Positions 50,638 to 62,078 of a stretch of DNA of 64,000 nucleotides are shown here, piece after piece. This DNA comes from Octopus sinensis. Lineage: Eukaryota. Position 1 is the stretch's first letter; each line of letters starts with the position of its first letter. The notes under the pieces were generated by a model. The model did not search any database. It worked only from the letters and a program-made list of their open reading frames with translations, and was not told the origin of the DNA. Both the position numbers and the translations under genes were made by a program. The stretch is from NCBI RefSeq assembly GCF_006345805.1, contig NW_021832866.1:1-64000 (forward strand), in the 5' to 3' direction.

Positions 50638-53600
50638 AGAGGTGGTGGCAAAGGTGCTGGTGTTGTTATTGTTAGCCGTGGTCAACTTCCACGGAACATA
50701 TCTCTGGCATTTTAAGTCAGCAGTCCACAAAGAAAACCAGTTGATTCACACACATACTGTGTGTCACTATAACATCATATTGTATATATGCATGTATATT
50801 GATATACTCTTTTACTTGTTTCAGTCATTTGACTGTGGCCATGCTGGAGCACTGCCTTTTTAGTCGAGCAAATCAACCCCAGGTCTTATTCCTTGTAAGC
50901 CTAGTACTTGTTCCATCGGTCTCTTTTGCTGAACTGCTAAGTTACGGGGACGTAAACACACCAGCATCAGTTATCAAGCGATATTGGGGGCGAGCTGGCA
51001 GAAACGTTAGCGCGCTGGGTGAAATGCGTGGCCGTACTTCATCTGCCGTTACGTCCTGGGTTCAAATTCCGCCGAGGTTGACTTTGCCTTTCATCCTTTC
51101 GGAGTCGATAAATTAAGTACCAGTTACGCACTGGGGTCGATATAATCGACTTCATCCCTTTGTCTGTCCTTGTTTGTCCCCTCTGTGTTTAGCCCCTTGT
51201 GGGTAGTAAAGAAATAGATATTGGGGGGACAAACACAGACACACAAACATATATACACACATACATACATACACACAGATATATATACATATATACGATG
51301 GGATTCTTTCAGTTTCCGTCTACCAAATCCACTCACAAGGCTTTGGTCAGCCCGAAGCTATAGTAGAAGACACTTGCCCAAGGTGCCACACAGTGGGACT
51401 GAACCCAGAGCCATGTGATTGGTAAGCAGGCTACTTACCACACAGCCACTCCTACGCCTACGTATGTATGTATGAATGAATACATGTGCACATGTGTATG
51501 AGAGGGCTACATCCTGTGCTGACAATAAAGGAATTCTCTCTCTCTCTTTCTCTTTGAAGGGCGGAGTGTATGGTGCAGGAGTGATGAGTGCAATATTGTA
51601 TATTAGTAAAGTGGAGGTGCAATGGCCCAGTGGTTAGGGCAGCAGACTCGCGGTCATAGGATCGCGGTTTCGATTCCCAGACCGGGCGTTGTGAATGCTT
51701 ATTGAGTGAAAACACCTAAAAGCTCCACGAGGCTCCGGCAGGGGATGGTGGTGATCCCTGCTGTACTTTTTCACCACAACTTTCTCTCACTCTTACTTCC
51801 TGTTTCTGTTGTACCTGTATTTCAAGGGGCCAGCCTTGTCACTCTCTGTGTCACGCTGAATATCCCCGAGAACTACGTTAAGGGTGCACGTGTCTGTGGA
51901 GTGCTCAGCCACTTACACGTTAATTTCACAAGCAGGCTATTCCGTTGATCGGATCAACCGGAACCCTCGTCGTCGTAACCGACGGAGTGCTTCCATATTA
52001 GTAAAACATGGACAGTGAATGTAGGTGATGTGAACGTGATGGAGAGAACTAAAGCTGGCATGCTGTGATGGTTTTGAAATGTTGGGGTTTTTTAGATTTA
52101 GGAAAGCACATTAGTCGCTATCTACAGTTGTTGGTGGTGGTGGTGTTTGTTTTGTTAGGTTTCCAAAGTTCTGCTGGAAAAGACAAGCAGGTGGACAAAC
52201 AGACAGAACTACATCCCACATGGAGGTTGTTAAAAACAATGATTAGTTCGTTCATGTAATGTATCAGAGAGAGGAGTTAAAATAGTTGTGGGTGGCAGTG
52301 GCGGTGGAGGAGCTGAGTGGAATCAGATACAGAGTGGGATTTGAGGCGATTGTGGTGGTATGGATATGTAATGTGGGTGGTTGATGCCATTTGCATAATG
52401 ATTTTTAGGGTCCTGATAGGGGCTGGAATGTGTGTAAGAAAGAGACTGGGGAAAAAGAGGACCAAGTGATGGAGGCTAATCTCAGGATTATTGACTTCAT
52501 TAAGGAGATGACAGAGGACCGTTGGCAATGGGGACCTCCAGTTCTCAGACCCCAGACCCTATCCCTGCTCACTGTTCTCAGAGTGGAAATGGCTGTCTGC
52601 AAGTGTGAGCCCTGTGAGTCATAGTGACTGTGCCAGTGTATCTCCCTCACCATCCTCCAGGGTAACACCTTTTCCATTTAGTCTGCTGGGGATCATATTA
52701 TACATTGCACTCTCGGCGGCCCTGGAAAATCCGAGCCCATAACGATTCGCAGCTCTCAAGTCGGTCTGTACCCACCATCCACAGCAGTTACTCCATATAA
52801 TGCCTGGCACTTTATGGAAAGCAGTAGGCTTTTGCATTCCACTGATGCCCGATGAACTAGCAGTGTGCACTTCTTGAGAAGACATCCCCACACATTCAAA
52901 CAGGTGAGAGGAAAACTAAAACAACATAGTACACGGCCACAGCACTAGATGCCCTTCCTGTCTCCAGCTCTGTTACTTATCCCCCACACTGTCCAGAGAT
53001 GGCATTTATTTATTCTAAAGTCTGGATACAAACAATGTTTTATAAATATGTGTAGTCCATATGATAACATTTTCTTGATTTTGTTTTTCTGTTTCAGGTG
53101 AAGAAAAAAAACAAAACAAAAGTGATGGGTGTGTTAGACATATATGGTTTTGAAGTTTTTGAGGTGAGTTACTTTTGAACATGATTTGTATGTCATTCCT
53201 GGCGCTATATTATGCCTTCCCTGTTGATCTATGCCAAAACCTTTGTTGTCCATTTCTACCGTTACATTTGTACTGTATTATGAAGTAGAACCTGAATAAA
53301 TCCTGAGAGGGATGTCACAGCAGGATTGTCCATCTGGTCTTAGATGTCCAGTGGATGTAAATCCTGAGCATTGACCTTTCTGCTGTTCTGTCATTGGTGA
53401 CACAAAAGATATACTATCAAGATATCTGAGGATTATGTGTGACATGTGACATCCCAACATATGACATCCTGACCTTGTCTACTGGGAACACCATACATGG
53501 CGATTAGATGTGGGCACAACTGAAGAAAGACATCAACTAAGCCAGAGTTAAAGAGCTTCTCTCTGGCATGGTAGATAGAGATGAGTGGAGGGTGCCCTGG

Positions 53601-55844
53601 GCTTCATTGCTTTAGCCTTCTCTTCATAATGGAAGTAAGGGGCAGTTAACACTCTTATTTTGTTATACCAGTCATGTGATGTGGGCATGTCTAAAGTAAG
53701 GCATCAATTATGCCAGAATTGAAGAGATAGGATAGGTGGGTGGTGTCATGTTGAGAGCTCAAGTAACTGCATTGCCTTGGTCTCGTCTTCATAGGGAAAA
53801 AAGGAGGCAGTTAACATTTTTATCTTGTTATACCAGTCATGTGCCAACTTGGCCCATGGAACTTTCTCAGTGGCCTGCCAAAAAAGAAAACAATTGCTTA
53901 GACTTTTTCTTTAGTGTGAGCCTGCCTGATGATGAACTATGTCTCATGTACCCTGCTTTATATAAAAGTTTCCCACCCATAGCTGCCACAGTTTGGTTCT
54001 CCATCAGTTGTGACGATGAGTGTTCTAGATGATTTGATCAACAGACCAGCCTGCTCATAAAATTAACATGCAAGTGGCCATCACTCCACAAACACATGTA
54101 TCTTTAATGTAGTTCTCTGAGAGATTCAGCATGACAAGTCTGACCCTTTGAATTACTTTATTTCTCATTGCTCCAGCTGAGTGGACTGGAGCAATGTGAA
54201 ATAAAGTGTCTTGCTTAAGGACAAGAAACACCAGCAGGAATTGAACTCCAGACCTTATGATCATAAGCTGAATATCCTAGCTACTAAGTCACATGCCTTC
54301 TCTCATGACTGTTCAAGACATTACCAAGTTAACTATTTTTTCTTGCTTCTTCTGTAATTTCCTGATTTTCATTTCTTAATCTTTTCCAATCTTCGTTTTC
54401 ACAGAACAATAGTTTTGAACAGTTTATCATTAATTACTGTAATGAGAAATTACAACAAATTTTTATTGAATTAACCTTAAAAGAAGAACAAGAAGAATAT
54501 GTGAAGGAGGTAAGAATGTGTTAGATTCCTTACCAATTTTTGGTGTCTTGGAGTTTGCTGAGACTTTTGTCTTTCCATGTAGCAATAATATTCATAATTA
54601 AATACAAGATAGTTTGGCATTATCTAATTGTTAATTTTAATTGCAAGTGTTAAATACTATCATCATCATCATCATTAACAATATCAACACCACCAACATC
54701 ATTATTACCATCACTGACATCACCGCAACTCATCTTCATCATCATCATGATAACACCCACCACTACCACCACCACCACATCACCACTATCACTTTCATTA
54801 ATACCACCACTACTATCACCATCATTATCACTTCAACCACCACCATTATCATCGATATCACCAATACCCATACCATTATAATCATCACCACAACCACCAC
54901 CATCACCTATTACTACTGTAATTACTCTTCGTGGTATGCTACATTAAGTGACTGGTCATTGTTTTTAACATCCTCCATGTGTGATGCAGTTCTGCCTGTT
55001 TGTCTGTCTTTTCAAGCAGAAACTTAACAAGACAACAACAACAGCAACAATAGATAGTAACCAATGTATTTTCCTCTAAAAACACATAGTATTCATATCA
55101 TGGAGCCAAATGATTCAACATGTTTCTACTATGTGGCTAGTAAATGTTTACTGTTTCTACATGTTTACCCATCCCCATGTGGTGTATAGGCTTTATGATA
55201 AAATTACACATTTCTTCCCCCACTTCATGCCGTGGACATGTGGTCTGCTATGACCCAATGTGTTTATGTTATGTAAAAGTATAACAAATAAGGAACTGTG
55301 TTTATGCAATAAAATTAACAGAAACCTGCAAAGGTGGCGAAATGGCAGAAACGTTAGCACGCCAGGTGAAATGCGTAACCGTATTTCGTCTGCCGTTACG
55401 TTCTGTGTTCAAATTCCGCCGAGGTCGACTTTGCCTTTCATCCTTTTGGGGTCGATAAATTAAGTACCAGTTATACACTGGAGTCGATGTAATCGACTTA
55501 ATCCGTTTGCCTGTCCTTACGTCAAATCCTATTTCTTTACTATTTGTCGTATTTGAAATTACGTCAAATTCCTCCGAGGTCGACTTTAAGGATGGAATAT
55601 ATGACATAGAGAAACGTCAGGTAAATGTCATAAATGAACATGGATCGTACTTTGATTAAATAAATCAGTTCTCTAACACTTCTGAAACATTTTATTGTTA
55701 CCTTTCAAATACGACATTTCATGTGAAATAACCTAATATTTTTCTGACCCATTTTTTTTCAGGGAATTGAATGGATCCACGTGGATTATTTCAACAATGC
55801 TGTGATATGTGAATTAATTGAAAAGGTAGGTAATGACAATTGTC

Positions 55845-55884
<40 letters not shown>

Positions 55885-57612
55885 TATATGTTTATATGTG
55901 TTCATGCTTTTGGTTATATGAGAATGTATGTGTGTGTGTGTCTATGTCGTTTTTCTCACATCTGAATGTTTCTATGACTGGTTATGTAGACTGTGTGTTA
56001 CTTTCTCTCTGTCTTTCTCATATACACACACACACACATATATATATATATGTTTTTATATATACACACACACACATGCACACACATACACATACATATG
56101 CCAGCATGGAAGGTGGACGTCAAACGATGAGGATGATATATATTTTTCATGTCATAAGAATTTTATACACTTTTGAGAGAACAGAAAATCATATAGGTGC
56201 AGGCTTGGCTTACTTCCCAACCACATGGTTCTGGGATCAATCCCACTGTGTGGCCACTTGGGCAAGTGTCTTCTACTATTGTTTTGTGTCAATCAAAGCC
56301 TTGTGAGTGGATTTAGTAGACGGAAATTGAAAGAAGCCCATTGTATATATATAAATGCATGTGCATCTGTATATGTATCCTACCTCTACTTGACAACTGA
56401 TAGTAGTACGTTTATGACCCCATAACGTAGTGGTTTGACAAAAGAGGCTGATATCATTAGTACCAGGCTTTAAAAAGGGAAAATTAGTACAGGGGTTAAT
56501 TGATTCAACTAAATATTCTTCCGGGCAGTGCCCCAGCATGGCCAGTCTAATGACTGAAAATTGTAAAAAAGATGAAAGATAAAAAAGATTTGTGTTTTGG
56601 AACAGCGGATCTCACAGCACCCATAAAGCTATAAGTAATAGCATGTAAATATTGGGTAGAAAATTCCTTTCGGATAGAAAAAGCCACTAGCTGGCAGAAT
56701 ATCTAGAATATCCCCCTTAAAATTGCTGGCCTTGTGCAACATTTGAAACAATCATTTTTTTAAAAAATAAGTACCAGTTGAATACTGGGGTCGATGTAAT
56801 CAACTTGCCCCCGCCGTTGAAATTGCTGGTCTTGTGCAACACTGGGCAAAGTGTGTTGTGACATTTCGCCCATCATATATGTTCTGAGTTCAAATTCTGC
56901 TGTGGTCCACTTTGCCTTTCAACCTTCCAGGGTCAATGAAACAGGTATCAATTGAGCATCAGGATCGATGTAATTGATTAGCCCTTTCCTGCAAAATTTC
57001 AGGCCTTATGCCTATTGTAGAAAGGATCATTGCTACTATTACAAGTTGAAGCTTAGTTTCACGTTTGATTATTGAGGCATCAGAAAGACAGAGCTACTTC
57101 AACAATATATTTAAGTAAAGGTATTGGGAAACATATTTTTACTTATATATTGACATAATTCTTAACTTTTTTCGTACATTTAACTCTGAGTAACAATTCA
57201 AGAAATTACAAATTTTAACAAAATATACTCTGTTTCATGTATTGAGTGTTTTTTTTTATTCTTGGCAAACACAAATGTTCACCAATAGCGTGTTTGTGTG
57301 TGTGTGTGGATCAGTTAATATATTGTGCAATGGACTGATACTCAGGATAAACTGCACTATCGAAATATTTGTAGTGATGTTTTGAACTATATATTGGCTT
57401 TTGTTTACTATACACATATATATGTATAAATATACAAATAACAATAATCTTTGGATGGAAACTATAAATTTATCCTACATCATATCGGCACAGCTCGGTG
57501 CAACCCCCGAAAACTGGTTCACCGGTCAGCATCATTAGACTGCAGCCGACATAATGGAATAGGAGCTTTGTTTGCCTGTTCAAAACATTTCTCATAAAAA
57601 CAAATTCAAAAG

Positions 57613-57648
<36 letters not shown>

Positions 57649-58467
57649 TTTTCAACATGTGATCTCTTGAGCACCACCAGCTCAAATATTTTCTCCTCTG
57701 TCTTCCCTCCTTGGGATCTTTCCTTCTCCTTGTTTACGACGAAGAGCTCCGCTCGAAACGTTAAACCCTCCTTCCCTTCTTTCCTGAGCGTCAATAATAC
57801 TTTAATTGTTCCACGTCCTGCATTGCTGTGTTTTTTTCTCTTTTTTTCTGTGTTTTCTTGTTTGGATTAACTTTATATATTTATATATTCTGTTTCAGAA
57901 CAATGTAGGAGTTTTAGCGATGCTTGATGAAGAGTGCCTTCGACCAGGAACCGTCACAGATTTAACATTCCTTGCAAAACTTGACTCCATTTGTTCAGAA
58001 CATCCTCATTACGAAAGTCGCGGCTGTAAAAAAAGCATGTCTGACAGAACGTTGCCTCATGAATCTTTTCGCCTCAAACATTACGCAGGCGCAGTAAGTA
58101 ACACAATATTTATAATTGATCTTCTTCTTCTTCTCCTCCTCATTGCATAATTCCTATCTTCCTCTCCTTTCATTTCTCATCTCATTTTATATTTATCTTC
58201 CTGTTGTTGCTGTTCTTGTTTAACACCCTCAGCTCACCTCAGATTCATCAGGGGGGGAAAAAAGGTATTCCAGCTTGTCCCTTTTTGTTTAAAGTTTGTT
58301 TCCAGACACAGGAGTGGCTGTGTTGGTAAGTAGCTTGCTTACCAACCACATGGTTCTGGGTTCAGTCCCACTGCGTGGCACCCTGGGCAAGTGTCTTCTA
58401 CTATAGCCTTGGGTTGACCAAAGCCTTGTGAGTGAATTTGGTAGACGGAAACTGAAAGAAGCTCATC

Positions 58468-58505
<38 letters not shown>

Positions 58506-61500
58506 ATATATTTGTGTGTCTGTGTTTGTCCCCACCCCCAACATTGCTTGACAACCGATGCTGATGTGTTTACTTCCCAGTAACTTAGCAGTTCGGCAAA
58601 AGAGACCGATAGAATAAGTACCAGGCTTACAAAGAATAAGTCCTGGGGTCAATTTGCTCAACTAAAGGCGGTGCTCCAGCATGGCCGCAGTCAAATGACT
58701 GGAACAAGTATGAGAGTACAAGAGAACTAAAGTCTCCTGGATCCACTCATAGTCTCTTCCTTTTCTAAAACAGACCATAATTTAACTCTTTAGCATTCAG
58801 GTTATTCTGTCAAATGTAATGCTAATTTATTCACGTTGTTTTGAATTAATCATGTATCTTCATGAATTCAATGATTTCGTTGTGTATTTTTAAAATGACA
58901 TTGTTGGGTAAGTGTGAAAGGCCAGATCATAAGAATATTTGGGTCGGATATGGCTAGTTTAAATGTTAAAGGATTAAATATGCTTCACTGAATATCAACT
59001 AAATTTTTCTGAGGAAAATTTGGTAGGAAATCTCTGTGGAAGGCCAATAGAAGGACCATTCCTGTATTTGTAGATTTAATCAGTTGACCACTGGCTGTCT
59101 TTAAAATGGAGTCCATTATATTAGAACCACTGAAACCAGGTTGCTGACCACAAACTGATCTCCTCATTCTGCTAACCGTTTTTGGAGACCTTGGCAAATA
59201 TTTCTTCCTGCTCCTTACATTATGAGTTCAAAAGAATCAACTTTGCCTGTCATATTTTTGGGGGTTTATGAAATAAGTACCACTCAGGTGAGGATCATGT
59301 TTCTTTCCCTCAAAAAATTGCTGGTCTTGTGCCAAAAAATTAGAAATCACTATTATTATTACTATTATTATTATTATTAGGGTGGCAAGCTGGCACAATT
59401 GTTATCATGCCAGGCAAAATGCTTAGTGGCATTTTGTTCGTCTTTACATTCTGAGTACAAATTCTGCCAAAGTCAACTTGGCCTTTCATTCTTTTGGGGT
59501 TGATAAAGTAAGTACCAGTTGTGCAGTGAAGCTGATGTGATTGACTTACCCATGTACCCAATATTTCTAGCTTTATGCCAAAATTTGGAACCATTATTAT
59601 TATTATTATTACTTTAAACATGTTTTTTATACCTGCTTCTCTGTATCTCCTTTTGCTTTCCGTTCCATCAGGTAACCTACAGGGTTGAAGGGTTTGTTGA
59701 TAAAAACAACGACCTTTTGTTCCGTGATTTGTCTCAAGCCATGTACAGATGTAAACATCCTTTACTAAAAGACTTATTCCCAGAAGGTAAGCCACATCTT
59801 TTTTTGAACATCTTTCATCCTCGCATCTATTGATTCTTCCTCGTTTTGTAATTGTTGTTGTTGCTATGCAACTTAAGTCTGTGATGTTGCAAGAAAAGTA
59901 AAGAACTGTTGTTTGCTTACAAACCTCAACAGTTTCAGTTCTGAGGTTGGTGGGTTTGCCATTTATCCTTCAGGCCAGTGGTTCCCAACCTTTTCACTAC
60001 CAATGACACCTTTTATGTAAATGAGTTTTTTCCCATGGACCCCTGGGCATAAAGAAATAAGAATCATTTGAATATCAGAAAAAGTACTTTGAAGAATTTC
60101 TTCAGGCTCTTTATATTTTGTTTTCAAATGTCACCGAGGTCAACGTTGCCTTGCATCTTTTGTGATACATTGAATGCCAGTTATATACTGGGAATAATTC
60201 AACGAACTACACCTTATCTCTACAAATAACCTTGTTACAATATGTAACAGTTTTAAAACTGTTTTAACTTAATTTCGTAGATATTATATTTAAATCATCG
60301 TCATTCATTTCTATTCCATGCTGGCATGGATCAAATAGTTTGACAGGATCCAGCAAGTGAGGAGACTCTATCAAGATCTAGTGACTGTTTTGCCAAGGTT
60401 TCAACAGCTGGGTGCTCTTCCTATCACCAACCACTTCACAGAATGTTGTGGGTGATTTTGGCTGTCACCAACTCTAGTGAGGCCGCAAAGCAACTCACAA
60501 GTAAAGAAGACCCCTTGACCGAGAAGAGTATGGTGTCAAAGGAAATGACTTATGCCAGGTGTGGAGAGATACTACTATGACAGAGGAAATGGAACAACTG
60601 TCTTACTGTTGAGGAGATACATTACATGGTTACCCTCAGCTGGAAAAGGGAAGAAAAAGATGATAGTGATGAGATATTCACCTGGTGGTTAGCGCAGTGG
60701 ACCTTGCGGTTGAAGGATCACAGGTTGGAATCTCAGACCGTGTATCTTATCCAACATTCTTTCTATGAGCTGAAAGGGCCCGTACCCTCCCTTGCAGCCG
60801 TTAATTTAATGGTGGTGCATCAGCATGGCCGCAGCTCTGAGCTGAAACTGCAGAAAAAAAAATACATATACATTCACACATACATATTCTGTTCTTTCTC
60901 ATTGATAGGAAATCCCGCTCGCCCATCTTTAAAACGTCCAGCCACTGCCGGCTCGCAATTCAAAGTAAGTATGTTTAATTACATCTGTATACAAGTATGT
61001 GGACATGAGAAAATAAGATGACTAACGAATAAATGGTTATCTTATCATCATTTATTCCTTAGTCATCTTTTTTTCTTATTACTGCTCTATACTCAAGTAA
61101 TGTTTCGTTCTGAAGCATGCGTATATTGAGTTCTATGCCAAGTTATTAGTCTCACAATGCCTAAATTAAATATGTATATGTATATATATACAAAATTAGA
61201 AAATGGAGAAATATATCTAAATCAATCATCAACCATCTGATAATACCCAATCAATACTTTATTAAACCATTACACAATAGCAATGATATTATACATTAAT
61301 ACAGTACAAATATAACAAGACATAGAAATAGAAATACATTTACATTGTAGCTGACAGCTGTTTCGGCCATGAAGACAGATATATATATATATAATTAAAT
61401 AATAATATTAGGGAGTATGGCTCCAAACTTACAGGGAAAAATTAGATTTAGGATTAAATCAAATTTCACAGTATAAATATATAAAATATGAATTAGAGAT

Positions 61501-62001
61501 AAAACCACTATTATGCAACTCAGTGATAGACATAAACCAATACATAAATAACAAATAATATAAATATAATTAATATAATATATAAAATATAATAAATAAT
61601 ATATAATATAAAAAAAAAATAAAGATTTTATTTTAAATTTAAAAAATTTAAATTTTATATATATATATTATATTAATTATATTTATATTATTTGTTATTT
61701 ATGTATTGGTTTATGTCTATCACTGAGTTGTCTAATAGTGGTTTTATCTCTAATTCATATGTTATATATATATAATATTAGGGAGTAAATCCAAACTTAC
61801 AGGGAAAAATTAGATTTTGGATTAAATCTAATTTTACATTATAAATATAAATTAAATTAGAGATAAAACCACTATTAGGGAAATCAAACAGTGAAAAACA
61901 TAAACCAAAACATAGAAATAAAATTAATTAATAAAATATACAAAATATATAAAATTCAAAATTTAAAATTATTTAAATTTAAAAATTTAAAATTATTAAT
62001 T

Positions 62002-62078
<77 letters not shown>

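Noticed and set aside
51613-51690. tRNA gene (also 26170, 37887, 60645)
   Set aside because: A/B-box-like heads continue into shared SINE bodies with TSDs, and no complete cloverleaf is evident.
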